A model generated the notes under the pieces. That model did not search any database and was not told the origin of the DNA. It was given only the letters and a program-made list of their open reading frames with translations. Both the position numbers and the translations under genes were made by a program. A stretch of 35,145 nucleotides of DNA from Chiloscyllium plagiosum (Eukaryota): positions 93,912,215 through 93,947,359 of the forward strand of contig NC_057719.1 of assembly GCF_004010195.1 (NCBI RefSeq), read 5' to 3'. This document shows positions 9,961-22,060 of this stretch, piece by piece; position 1 is the first letter of the stretch, and each line of letters begins with the position of its first letter.

Positions 9961-10139
9961 ACGAATTAAAAGGATTTTATTTGAACTTACCAGTACATTT
10001 GGCTGAGCTGCTGCTTGCTGTAGCCTCTCGAACCAAAGCATTACTACCTACTCTGCTACAAACAGAATGTCTATCGACCACTGCACATTTAGTTTTGGTT
10101 ATGGAAATGGGAGAACCACTATAGTGGTGTTGTGTTTGG

Positions 10140-10480
10140 GCCTTATACACTCCTTGCCGCCAGGCCCATGGCGATCTGTTCTTTAGTGCAGGTCACAGCT
10201 TGGCCTTGGAGGGTGGCTGTCTGAGGTCTTCCATCTGGTAGTGCTGGCTGCGCATGTACAACTCTTCACCCCTACAGCCAATCCGTGATGTCACAGTCCT
10301 CTGGTACTTTATGTCTAATAGTACTGCATTTATGAATTCCTTGAAACTATTGATTGCATTCCAAACATTTTCTCTCTCCGGAGGGAGAGAGATTGATGTT
10401 CCAGTTAATACAGGCTGTTGGAAAAAGTTTACCATTAGACATGAGACTAACAGTATGTCCATCCACTCGCTGAGTGTGCT
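10140..10480 (-). mobile_element. Possible L1/Tx1-clade ORF2 C-terminal remnant
   Basis: ORF 10193..10462 contains ENVWNAINSFKEFI, reminiscent of the W..INS.K..LW motif at Tx1/L1 ORF2 C-termini. Weak, single motif. Confidence 0.3.
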
Positions 10481-10514
10481 TTACCTTTCAGTTGGGACAC
10501 ATTAATTCTGATAA

Positions 10515-12150
10515 CATTCCATTCCATTTTCCTGCATTTTCCCCATAACCCCTGTTTAAAAAACATGTCTGTTTCAGCCTTGAAGATATTTAGTCGTCCA
10601 AACTCAACAGTCTTCATAATTTTCTACAATTGTTTCCCTGCCACTGATGTGAGACATGGTAGTCTTTAATCCCATTGATATTTTTCTTGCACTCTGTGTG
10701 TAAGTTGAACCTACATTAGATGTTGTCCTGTTGAATCACACCACCTCTGTGGCCAGAGACAAAACAAAAAAAAACAAAGTTAAAGAGCCTGTAATCTCCT
10801 CCCTCATCGTCCACACTGTCTAAGATATAGATCATCCAGGTCTAGGGATTTGCCCACTTTTTATCCTGCATCAACTTTCAATTCTTCTTCAGCTTCTGTA
10901 TCAATTTGCTCATGGATCAAACTGTCAGAAACTGACAGTGAATCCAGGAGCTGCTTCTCCAAAGTGAAGACTAATATGTAGTACGTGTTTGACATATTCT
11001 CTGGCTCTGTGCACAGGCTGCCTCCTCGGTCCCTAATGCACCCTATCCTTTCTCTTGTTACCCGCTAACCCTTAATAAACCGATAAAATATCTTTGGATT
11101 CTTTGAAGTATTGCCCGCTAATGTTTTTATCGCACCTCGCATCCCCCACTCCCTTTTTGCTCGTCTAATTACGTAATTGAGTTTAGCCCTACACGTTCGC
11201 TGCTCTTCTGGGTCCTCCATTGACCTGCTCACTTTATTGCTCTTTTAAGTTTCTCTTTCATTTTTAATTCTGTTCTGAATATTTGTACACAACCAAGGTT
11301 CTATGGGCTTGTTTTCCGAAATTTCATCTTTGGCTTAAGATCTCGCAGTGATACTCTCATCAATTCCATTTTGAGTATGCGATCCCCACCACCACTTACA
11401 TGTTGTTCTGCTACAGTTTGACCCAGAAGTAACAGTTCTATGGCCAGACCCTATTCTTGTTTTATAGTAACTGCCTCCCCATTCCAAATACCTCTTATTT
11501 TGCAGACTTTTGTTTGGGTCTTTTCCTTAGTAAACTCAAAATGTGTGATATTATGGTCATTGGTCCTGCAATGCTCACCCAATCCTGCCTGCAAATACCA
11601 CAGTGAGTCCCAGCAGTGCACCGCCCATCGTTGTATCTTCTACATGTTTCTCAAAGAAGCTCTCTTGAATAGATTCCAAGGCATCGTTCTCCCCTTTAAA
11701 TGTTATCACTGCCCTAATAAAGGTTTGGAATTGAAATGCCTGAATATAATGATCCGATTATTGTTTTTCACACCTCAATAAATTGGTTATATATCTGCTA
11801 CCGTACCTTATTTCATTTGTGGATGTATCATATATCCCCAGCAGAGTGTCTGTCATTGTTTTGATCCTATGCTCTACCCATAAAGCGACACTTGAAGATT
11901 CGTCCAAGATATCACCCTCCTTACTTCAGTAACTGACTCCATTATTAATAATGCAACACTACCTCCTCTTTTACCCCGTCCCCTGGTTGCCTATGATTCT
12001 TATACCACAGGATATCGAGTTTTCAACTCTGAACTCGTCAAACACATCTCTGTGATGGCAAAAATGTCACACTCCCCCATGTCTCCTCGTTCCCTTATCA
12101 CATCAGTCTGACCGATACTATTCCGAGCATTAAGGTAAAGGACATCATGC
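10515..12150 (-). mobile_element. CR1 LINE ORF2 remnant(s): endonuclease through partial RT plus a 3' tail piece, highly degenerate
   Basis: Minus strand near 12000-12150 gives VLYLNARNSIGQTDVIRERGDMGECDIFAITEMCL. An SDH-region motif lies near 11550, a KSLDLDD (KSPGPD-like) motif near 10840, and a CR1 3' UTR at 10515-10650. Confidence 0.7.
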
Positions 12151-12407
12151 CTGGAATATAATACCTGGAATACTCTGTAACTCGGAGTTCTTCAGTCATT
12201 TACTGTTGTTATCAAGCTGCCTTTCTATGAAACAAAACTGTAACTCTGGGACTGAATGAATATTTGGTGAATTGTAATTTCTTTTTAAATTAACTTATTC
12301 ATTAAATGAAACTTTCCAGAACTGAACAGTCAGCTACACGTACAATGAATTCCTGCTGACTAATTCCCTGCTCAGTGTGCAGAGAGGACAGCCCTCAGTG
12401 ATGGAGA

Positions 12408-12522
12408 GAGTGAGGTCTGCAGATCCTGATGATCAGAATCAAAAGGTGTGGTGCTGTTAGGGTCAGGAAGCATCCGAGGAGCAGGAGAGTGAAAGCTTTC
12501 GACATTAACCCTTCATCAGGAA
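12408..12522 (-). mobile_element. PLE 3' terminal repeat with hammerhead-like core
   Basis: Minus strand cctgatgaagggttaatgtcgaaagctttcactctcctgctcctcggatgcttcctgacc; same family as the arms at 6790-6982. Confidence 0.75.
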
Positions 12523-12649
12523 GGCATTGGTGCCTTCACATTTTTTTCCATTCCATGATTCATGGGATATTTGGAACCGTACTTGCTCAGGATGGAAGCA
12601 TTCTATATATCCCTGAAATGGAAAGCAGTCAGTCAGTTGGTTGGACAAG

Positions 12650-12862
12650 GAGTAGACGAAGTGAGGTGAAGTACATATGTAAGGATAGATAAATCCCCTG
12701 GGCCAGACAGGAAACAATCGAGGTTACTACAGGAAGTGAGGGAAGAGATTGCTGTGCCTTTGGCGATGATCTTTGCGTCCACACTGTCCACTGAAGTATT
12801 TTCAGATGATTGTAGCGTGGCACGTGTTATTCCCTTGTTTCTGGAAAGGGGATAGGGATAGG
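12650..12862 (+). mobile_element. CR1 LINE ORF2 RT N-terminal fragment
   Basis: Plus strand DKSPGPDRKQSRLLQEVREEIAVPLAMIFASTLSTEVFSDDCSVARVIPLF. Confidence 0.85.
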
Positions 12863-13984
12863 GATACTCCTGTCCTATGTTTCCTGTTTCACCCAGTTTG
12901 TAGTTTCTCGTCAGTTGTTGAATGTGTGAGGGAGTGATGTGTGTGAGATCAGGAAGCTGGGGAGGGGCATTAGCACAAAACTTCCTGTGATGTTTTTCAT
13001 TTTTACAGTCACCTGAATGCCAGCACAATATTTGTTTTGGCCTACACCAGACAAAATCTGCCAAGTTCAGTTGTTAACATGAGTCTTGACTTGCCATTTG
13101 CTCTGTTTTCTTCAGATACAATCTGTTGGGTGACCCAAGTACTAAATAGATGTTTGCTATGTTTTGTGAATTGGGCAAATATAAGATGTGAACTATGATT
13201 ATTCAACTGAACGATAAACTCTTAAAAGAATTAGGTTGATTCTATATCCATGGAACTAAAACGTAAACATCTGTCAAGATTTTCTAGCACAAAAATAAAG
13301 AATGCACATTTTATTTTATGTCGAACAACCAACATGATGTCTAACTATTTTGGCGATCAGAAGTACATATTCGATGCCAGGATTCAAAACAATGCATTGT
13401 CACTCCAACATTTTGAAAGTGGTGGGCTTTTGAGTAATTACATGTTCAGAGTGAACAAAAGATTGAAAAATTCAATAGAATTAGCGTTTCTATGCATTTA
13501 TATATAATCAATCAGTTTAATTTCTCACTGAAATGTACGAGCTTCAGCTATTTGCTAGAAATTTAGAAATGGCTATAATTCAACGTGCACGGTGAATATT
13601 AAACTAAAAAATGATTTGTGTTATCAAATTTGAGTGAACAATAATTTGAAAACTTTTAATGTTTAGAAAAATTATATTTAATATGAAATGTGCACAGTGA
13701 AAAATAAACAATGAATATATTACCGTGAGTGATAAGTCAGACCTTTTCAAAGAGATTTGTGCAAAAGTAATGATATTTCTTTTATTAATGGAATACAACA
13801 TTTAAAATATTCATGTTCTGAGCAATAATTAGATTTCATAATTAAGCTGACCTTGCAAAACTTGCATTTTAAATGCTTATGCTGCACCAATTACTCATAT
13901 ATTTGCGAGCATTTACAATGGGATAAATCGGATACCAACTGTTATTCGCATCTGACACATGTTAGAGGACAACACTTTAAAGTA

Positions 13985-14352
13985 CGGGAGGAGGCCATTG
14001 GCCACTGTGTATGCATCAGCTCCAGCAATGTCTCCTAAGTGCCTCCCATTTGCCAGCCCGATCGCTGTTTCCCGTTAAATTAATAATTTCCAAATATATA
14101 TCTAGTTCTGTTTTTCATTTTAATCCACAAATCTCCCGGGCAATCCATTCCAATTCCTAATAACCATCTCAATAAAGAAGTTTTTTCCTTATCTCACTCC
14201 TGGATCTTTTGCTGAAAATCTTGAAATTAGAACTCATTGATGCTGCAGTGCCAACTAACGGAAACAGTGTATTCCTGTTTTACTCTGCAACTTGTTTTCA
14301 TACGTTTGAGCACTGCACTAAGTTCACATCTTTGTCTGTTCTGCTCCAGGAA
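13985..14352 (-). mobile_element. CR1 LINE 3' end fragment
   Basis: gaggccattggccac... and ggcaatccattccaattcctaataaccatctcaataaagaagttttttcc, the reverse complement of the CR1 ORF2 C-terminal FF..RV...WN.LP region and 3' UTR. Confidence 0.6.
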
Positions 14353-14354
14353 GA

Positions 14355-14825
14355 ATAAGCCTTGCAAGAACTGTAACAAATTCTACATTGGAAAAACAAG
14401 CAGAAAACTAGCAACCAGGATAAATGAACATCAATTAGCCACAAAATGTCATAACCACTGTCACTAGTATCATTATATACAGATGAGGAAGTACACCACT
14501 TTGACTGGATCTGCACACCCATCCTTGGACATGGTAATCAGAGACATGCACAAGAATTCTGAGAAGCATGACATTCCAACCGGAACTCCATCAACATACA
14601 CATCGATTTTGACTCCATCTAACACTCCCTGAGAAAGAGAGCTGGAAATGACATCATCAACACAGGAAATTATATCACTAATTCAAGGAAGCCGAAACAG
14701 GTAAATAGCAAGTGGGACATAACAGCAACACTTTATCGGCGTCTCCCTGTTGAAGTTCCCTCGTATGTGACAAACCATCTGAAAATGAACTCTCCAGCTG
14801 AGCGAGCAAACTGACATCCAGAATA
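14355..14825 (+). mobile_element. Penelope-like element 3' fragment (GIY-YIG endonuclease plus terminal repeat), second PLE family
   Basis: KPCKNCNKFYIGKTSRKLATRINEHQLATKCH (GIY-YIG 'YIG.T.R.L..R..EH'), followed by ...EA*HSNRNSINIHIDFDSI and a terminus ending tctgaaaatgaactctccagctgagcgagcaaactgacatccagaa. Confidence 0.85.
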
Positions 14826-14927
14826 AGCCCAATTTCTCTCTTCATTCCTTTAACTAAATCCTTCGTTACTGTTATCATTCTAATAATTTAGAAGGTTACT
14901 GGTATTCTTCTGCAAAGTTATGTGCAA

Positions 14928-14960
14928 TCTGTATGTGTGTGTGTGTCAGAGAGAGAGAGA
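14928..14960. repeat. Short (TG)n/(AG)n microsatellite
   Basis: tctgtatgtgtgtgtgtgtcagagagagagaga. Confidence 0.8.
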
Positions 14961-15059
14961 ACAATCCTCTGTAATTTCTGGATTACTCTCCTATGTGGAA
15001 AAGAAGTAAGAATAAGGAAGACCGTTTAGCTTAACATATTAACAAGCTAATGCAGGCGT

Positions 15060-15700
15060 GAGGGTTTCAGATTTTTCGATCATTGGGATCACCTCTAGGG
15101 CAGGTGGAACCTGAACAGAATGGGCAGGTTGCATATTAAGGGGAGGAGCACCAGCGTCCTTGTGGGAAGTTTGTTGGTGTAAGTCGAATAAATTTAAACC
15201 CACAAGCCATGAGAGCGGGAACCAAAGCAGCAGGTCAGAAACTGAACATAAGTTAGAGGTGAATAGGACATCAGGCACGTTCAGTCTAATGACCATGCTG
15301 AGGGAAGGAATCATATCAGTTCAAAATATGAGTTGGAATACATTTTAGAGATGAGGCACAGGTTTATCTGGGATTAACAAATAAGGATAGAAAGTATGGG
15401 GGACCTGAGGGAATGAGGTGTGTGAGATCTGGAAGCTAATGCACAAAAAAAATTAAAGGGGAAAGAAGTTGGGATGGAGTGGGGTGGGGATTGCTATGAA
15501 GAACAATTGGCAGTAAAGCACAGGAAAACTTGCTGTTTGTCAAAGTGTATACCTGGGAAGGAATGTATTATGCTTCAGAGAAATGGCACCCTTATGGCTA
15601 GACGTCTGAAATATAATGAAGGCAAATTTGTTTCCATGATATTGCTGTAGTTATAATAATGATAGCAAACAACTGGAATAATGTCAGTGCTGTTGTTGGA
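15060..15700 (+). mobile_element. Very degenerate CR1 ORF1-end / ORF2 endonuclease fragments
   Basis: gatcattgggatcacctct...gggcaggttgcatattaaggggaggagcaccagcgtccttgtgggaag resembles the ORF1 esterase end (compare 32510-32630), followed by EN-like remnants. Confidence 0.45.
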
Positions 15701-15949
15701 CGATGCTTACACTGACCATGTGAATTACCCTGGATGTTCCCAGAGTTGGCTGGGCTGTGCTAAGTCGAGTAAGTGTTGATACTCCATGGGATGATGTTGG
15801 TTTGTAATATAAACGCACTTACTGAGGACAGTCAAAGGTACAAGCCAGCAACTGCCATTGACAATTCCTTCAGAATATATCAGAGTGTTCATGGCTGCCA
15901 CAACATAGAATCATTGAATGAAAATGTGAGCCTGCACTATCACATGCAT

Positions 15950-16790
15950 CTCGAAAGGCTTTTCAAAGGTTTGTGAGGTTACCTGCCTCAAACACCCTCC
16001 TAGGCAATGCATTCAAGAAGCATACCGCCAGGGGCAGCATGGAGACTCAGTGGCTAGCACTCCTGCCTCACAGCACTGGAACCCAGGTTAGTTTCCAGCC
16101 TCAGGTAACTGTTTGGAGTTTGTACATTCTCCCCATGTCTGAGGGGGGTTCGTCCGGGTGCTCCGTTTGCCTCCCACAATGTAAAGATATCCAGGTTATG
16201 TGAATTGGCCATGCTAAACTTTCCATAGTATCCAGGGATATATAGGTTAGGTGCATTAGTCAAAGGTAAATATAGGAGGAATGGGTTTGGATGAGTTACT
16301 CTTTGGACGGTCAGTGTGGACTTGTTGGGCCAAAGGGGCTGTTTACAAACTGTAGGGATTCTGTATTCAATGTCTATACCACCCTCTCAGTTCAAAACAG
16401 GCTCTGCAAATCCTCTCTCAAACCCCTGTCTTTCACTTTAAGCATGTGTCTCTTTGCTTTTGACCCGACGACCAAGGGAAACAACTGCTGACTGTTCATC
16501 CTCTCCATACCCCTTATGCTCTTGTGCACCTGTACCAGCTTCCCTCCTCAACCTTCCCTGCTGCAAAGAAAAAAGGAGCAAATTTATCCATCGCCCTTCA
16601 CATTTTGAGTACTCACTTGTCTTGTTAATTCAGATGTGCATCAGTTCACATTTATCAGTGTTAAACTTCATCAGCAATTGATCTGGTTATTGAAATCATC
16701 TGTTTATATGTCCGGTAGCCTAACCCTTTTTTTCCTCACTGTGAACTACCCAGTTAATCTTTGTGTCATCCCTAACATTATTTATCATTC
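15950..16790 (-). mobile_element. CR1 LINE 3' region (RT C-terminus) interrupted by an HE1-like SINE
   Basis: acctgcctcaaacaccctcctaggcaatgcattc [SINE] ...accaccctctcag...ctgttcatcctctccatacccctt, plus atctttgtgtcatcc near 16760 (DDTKI of RT on the minus strand). Confidence 0.65.
16031..16368 (+). mobile_element. HE1-like tRNA-derived V-SINE, full length
   Basis: Head ggggcagcatggagactcagtggctagcactcctgcctcacagc; V-domain tggagtttgtacattctccccatgtctg...gtccgggtgctccgtttgcctcccacaatgtaaagat; CR1-derived tail ...gggccaaaggggctgtttacaaactgtagggattct. Confidence 0.9.
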
Positions 16791-18599
16791 CACAGCCATC
16801 CATCTTCCATAGTCTCACTATCATCATTTAGGAATATCTCAAACAAACCTTGATTTCCTTCTGTTCTCCAGATGCTACTCTCTGAGCTAGAATGAAGAAT
16901 TCCAGTGTCTTGTTGTTCTGATTTTGGCGAATTTACAGAACGATGCAGTTAACACCTATTATGACGGAGCCATAAATAGCACTTTCGACTCAGAGTTGAA
17001 TTCACCTGTGCTCATCTGCATGTTTTATTCGCTACTTGACTTATTCATAAAGCTTGTAAATAACTTAGTATGAACTATGATTTGGCAACTTGGGTCGGAG
17101 CATTAGCATTTTGCATGGCACTGTTCTTTGTAACATTCCCTGCAATAGTCAGAGCTGAAGAAATTATTCATATGCAGAATGGACAGAGACTCATTCATTG
17201 TTTGCTTGAATCAGTGAGTATCATGAGAATAAATACTCAATTAAATTCTACGTTGTGGAAAAACTTCAAGAGATCAAATCATATGCTCATGTCTACCTTA
17301 AATTGGTAGCAAGTACATACTGTAAAAAAAAATTCAGAAGTGTTGAGACACCACACTAAGGGAGAAAAAACATGTCATCTGCACTTGTTGGAGATCCAGA
17401 AATACAGAGTACATGTACAATCTGATCAAGAATCAAGTGATAGAAAAATAAGTACATGAAATGTTTTCTTAATTTTGAATGGAAACCAGATCTCGATTTT
17501 CCTGAACAGTGATTTTTTTCACCCAATTCACTTCCCTAAAACCAAGCTTTTCCCTATCACTAACACTTCACCTGCCACACCTCCTCCTCCTTCCTACTCT
17601 TTCCTGACACTCCTACTTCCCTTGCACTATCACTTCTAATGCTACATACTCTTCCACTGATGTTATCTCTTCACACCGTTTTTCTGCCACTCCCACTGTA
17701 TGTTCAACCAATTCCCCAGTTACTTCCTCTTCCCCCTGTCTATCCATGCAAGTTTCACATTCCAACTGGGATGATGGGAGCTGCTGGCTTCTGTGTTGTT
17801 ATTTGTCATCAGTGAATGACAAGATTAAGATGATCAATGTCCAAGTCGAACGGACAATAGTGTGTGTCTGTCACTGTCCGATTTGCCATGGCTTTGTTCC
17901 CCATAGTACAGAGTAGAGCTTCTTTCTCTCTCTTTCACAGCGCTTAACCAAACAGCGTCATCACAAATAGGACAAATCTCACCTCAGAATCAGAAGTTCG
18001 TGCACCAGTTTTCCCTTCAACATTGTGAGGGGGAGTGAGCATATTGTTCAAACAAGCCGTGTTCGATCTTTTTGCTCTTTATTATTTTAATAGATTTTCC
18101 AATGCCATTCGAGGCGAGATCAGAGTGAATTCCCTTGTATTTGACTTATGTGGTATTAAGGAACCTGCACAAACAGTGGTCAACGGGAATCGGAGGAAAG
18201 TTTGTGCTGGTAATTTCCTCACTGAACAATGACACCTTCCCCGGAGCTATTGGGACTGATAAATAAACTCTGCTCTTGCTAGTGCCTTCCAAAACCAGAG
18301 GTAAATTTGTCCTGTTAATAACATCAAGACATGTGGTGTTTTCGCAATTTGGTCTAAAGTCTCAGAAAAGTAGGATCTTGCAGGTTGGGTGTCACCCCAG
18401 TGAAATCAGGATGTTACAAGATAATAACGGTCCTGATTATTTTCACTCAGTTACTTTCTGAGGACTGCTCGAGCGATGTCAGTGCCACTGAGTTCAACAT
18501 TTTCTCTGTACAGAGCATCGCATCTCATTAGCTCAAGGCTGCACCAGTCCACAATTATAATTTATTGCCCGGCTCATTCGCTCTGCTAATCAGATGTAC

Positions 18600-20815
18600 T
18601 AGGCCCACAGTTTGCAACAACTTAGAGATGCCCATGACACTCTGCAATCTGCTTCCCCACCACTGCCTTGGAATCTGACTCCATCCTCTCCCCCAACCAC
18701 ATCTCCTGTCGTATATTCACCATCAATCCAGAACTTCCACTCTCTGATACTGAATGTTCTGTACTCAGCAAAGACTGAACTTTTCCTCTCTGTGCCATCA
18801 CTTGAATGAATTTTGGTCTCAACATGATGGTGAGCTCTTCTCCCATGTCCCCACCTAAGTCCCCATTTCTTTGAGCAAGATTCCTCTCCCAGTCTCATAG
18901 ACTCTATCACCCAGCTCCAACACTCTCCCTCCACCTCGACCCCTGCCTCTACCATTTTACCTGAACTCAATCTATTTACTGAGAACTCTCGACGTGACAT
19001 TGGCTGTCTTAATTTCTCTTCATCCCCCTCACCCATACCAATCTATCACAGTCTGAACAGATTACTCTCCGTGCGCTTAGATCTAACCCTGATTGTGTTA
19101 TTCAGCCTGAGCCAATAAGGCTGGTGCAGCTGTGGTCTGATGGACTGATTACCACATTGTAGAGGCTGAGCACCTACTCTTAAATATATCCTCCTGTCTG
19201 AGGTCCATTAGCCTACCATGGGACATCAGGCCACTTTATCAACTACGATAACTGTCCTCATTTCACCCGCAAATGAGGGCCCCAAAGCTGATGGTCCTCT
19301 GATAGCAGAGCTCGCTTTTATCTCCTACTGAAAATCCACAAACAGAACTACATGGGCAGACCCATTACTTCAGCTTGCGCCTGCCGCACAGAGGGGGTGC
19401 ATGGATACATACGTGGGCCCCAGTTAGATCTGTTTCTTCATGTGGTGCGTAGACCATTCCCTGTTCCAGTTCTGTTCCAGCCTCCATCCACAACTCTTTC
19501 TCTGATACAAAGATGTTATCATCGCTGCTGCTTCTCCCTTCTGTCCAGAATTGGAAAAGTTCATCGCTTCCAATTTGCACCCCTCCCATACCTTCACCTG
19601 GTCTACCTCTGACTCCTCCCTTCCTTTCCTCGACATCTCTGCTTCTATCTCTAGGGATAGACCAGCTACTGATAACCAGTATTAACCCACCGACTCCTAA
19701 AGCTATCTGGAGTATACATCCTCACACCCTGTTTCCTGCAGATACTGCATTCCATTCTCCCAGCTCATCCATCTCCTCTGCATTGCTTCTAATGATGCCA
19801 AATTAAACAAGGAAGCCTTTGAAATGTCCACCTCAGTCCTCAAACAAACATTCCCCTGCACTGTCGTCCACAGGGTTCTAAACTGGGTCTGACCCATCTC
19901 CTGCACTTCTCGTCTCCCTTTCCCCTTCCGTCCCACAACAGAGTTCCGTATGTCCTTACCGACCATCCCACCAGCAATCACATGCAGAGGATCAGCAGCC
20001 AATATTTCCTCGCCCCCATCCCCCCAGCGACATGCCACCACAAGATACATTTAACCTCCCCTCCCTTGTCCGCGTTTTAGAGGGATCATTCCGTCCAGGA
20101 CAACTGATCTGTCTTTATTCATTCTCACCACAGGTCCACTTCTCTTATCCCTGCCGGAGGTGTGACACTTTCCCATTTACCTCCCCCCTCCTCAGGATCC
20201 AAGAGCGCAACCATACCTTCCAGGTGAGGCAGCACCTTACCAACACTCCCTACAATCAGGTGTACTGCATTCGTTGCTCACAACGTGGTGACCTCGACAT
20301 TGGGGAAACGACGGGTAAACTGGGTGACCACTTTGCAGAACATCCATGTTGCATCTCTGCAAAATAACCTGAGCTTCAAGTTGCCTACCAGTTTAACAGC
20401 CCAGCCTTTTCCCTGGCCAATATCTCTGTGTCAGGCTTGCTGCAATGTTCCAGGAAAGTTCAGTGCAAACTGGAAGAACAACACCTCATTTTCCATGTGC
20501 GGACCCAGCTGCCCTTCAGACTCAAAATCAAGTTCAATAATTTTAGGGCCTGAACTCCCCAATGTCCTAGCCCCCACCCATATATCATGTCTAGTTATTG
20601 CACAGCCTTCCATTACTAACCCTGTATTGTAAGCTACTAACAGTCTCCATTAACAGTTATCCAGTCCATTCTGCGTATCAACCAACATTTTCCCAGCTAC
20701 CATCAGTTCAGAGGAAGGGTCACCAGATCCGAAACGTTAACACTGATTTCTCTACACAGATCCTGCAGACATGCAAAGCTTTTGCAGCAACTTGCGTTTT
20801 TGTTTTATCATTTTC
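18600..20815 (+). mobile_element. Penelope-like retroelement, near full-length but internally deleted and pseudogenised (RT, GIY-YIG, terminal repeat)
   Basis: SNPDCVIQP..KG..AAVV (IKPADKG-like, ~19080); ARFYLLLKIHKQNYMGRPITSACACRTE (~19310); GxxMGxxxGP motif (~19400); LPFLDIS; YLEYTSSHPVSCRYCIPFSQL; CRRCDTFPFTS...VYCIRCSQRGDLDIGETTGKLGDHFAEH (GIY-YIG). Terminus gttcagaggaagggtcaccagatccgaaacgttaac. Confidence 0.92.
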
Positions 20816-20856
20816 ATGGCAAGTTCTCTCAAAGCAATACATCATGGATGATGGAA

Positions 20857-21483
20857 CAGTCGTGGGTGTACTGGGAGCACGGTAGGGTGCTGAGGGCACA
20901 GACGTGGGTTTGCAGGGGGTACAGTCGGGGGCTAAGTGAACAGCCGTAAGTGTACAGGGGGTACAGTAGGGGGCTGAGGACACAGCCGTGAGTAAACGTG
21001 GAGTAGAGTAGGGGATGAGGGCAATGTTGTGGTGTACAGGCAATAAAGTAGGGTGCTGAGGACACAGCCATTGGTATACGGGGGGCACTGTAGGGGGCTG
21101 AGGGCAAAGCCGTTTGTGTACAGGGCGGACAGTAGCGGGCTGAAGGCACAGCCGTGGGTGTACAGAGCGTACAGTATGGGGCAAAGGGCACAGCCGCGTG
21201 CATAGGGAGTACAGTAGGGAGCTGAAGACAAAGCCATGGGTATACAGGAAGTACAGTAGGGGGCAGAGGACACATCCATGGCTGTACATGGAATATAGTA
21301 GAGGGCTGAGGACACAGCCATGTGTGTACAGGGAGCACAGTAGGGAGCTGAGGACATAGCCGTGTGTGTACGGGGAGTACAGTAGTGGGCTAAGGACACA
21401 GCCGTGGATGTACAGGGAGTACTGTAGGGTGCTGAGGACACAACCGTGCGTGTACAGGGAGTACTATAGGGGGCGGAGGACAC
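20857..21483. repeat. Minisatellite, 42-bp unit, about 15 copies, derived from the Rex1 RT motif
   Basis: The cagNcgt anchor recurs at 20857, 20899, 20941 and 20983. Consensus is about cagccgtgggtgtacagggagtacagtagggggctgaggaca; the minus strand encodes repeated (H/G)CVLSPLLYSLYT. Confidence 0.92.
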
Positions 21484-22060
21484 ATGCTCTAGGAGCTCCA
21501 GTGTTGAGTGTTATACATTTGAATGGGCAGAGACCTATCTTCACTGATTGCGATCTGTTGGTCAGAAACCTGGGGATCCAGTTGCAGAGGATGGAGCTGT
21601 GATCAAGGTCACGGAGTTTTGAGATCAGTCTGGATGTGATCGTGGTGTTGAATTTGGAACTGTATTTAATGAGCAGGAGTCTGTTATAAGTGTCCTTGTT
21701 GTACAGATGTCCCAGGGATGAATGCAAGTCTCAGGATATGGCATTTATTGTGAACCCGTTACATCAGTAGGGAAAGTCTAGGGGTTCAGGGCAGGCTGGG
21801 AGATTGGAGGTGAACAAGGCCATAACCAGCCTCTCGAAGCACTTCATGTTTATTGAGGTCGGAGCCACTGGGTGGTAGTCATCATGCACATTCCATGAGC
21901 TTTCTAACTTACAAGGATGCTGTTGGTCTTCTTGAAGCAGGGTGGGACTTTGGCTTGCAGAAGGGAGAAGCTGAAGATGTTTGTGAATACCTTTGCCAGT
22001 TGGTCCACTCAGGATCTGAGTGCACAGCCGAGAACAACGTCCAGACCCATTGCTTTCCTT
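20857..22060 (-). mobile_element. Rex1/Babar-clade LINE RT fragment
   Basis: DDYHPVAPTSINMKCFERLVMA; RLLLIKYSSKFNTTITSRLISKLRDLDHSSILCNWIPRFLTNRSQSVKIG...ITLNTGAPRACVLRPL, running directly into the GCVLSPLLYSLYTH repeats. Confidence 0.88.

Noticed and set aside
20720..21483. Long Cys/Pro/Tyr-rich ORFs (169-189 aa) that look like keratin-associated or repeat proteins; array superficially CRISPR-like
   Set aside because: They are a by-product of the 42-bp tandem repeat. There are no unique spacers or cas genes, and the context is eukaryotic.
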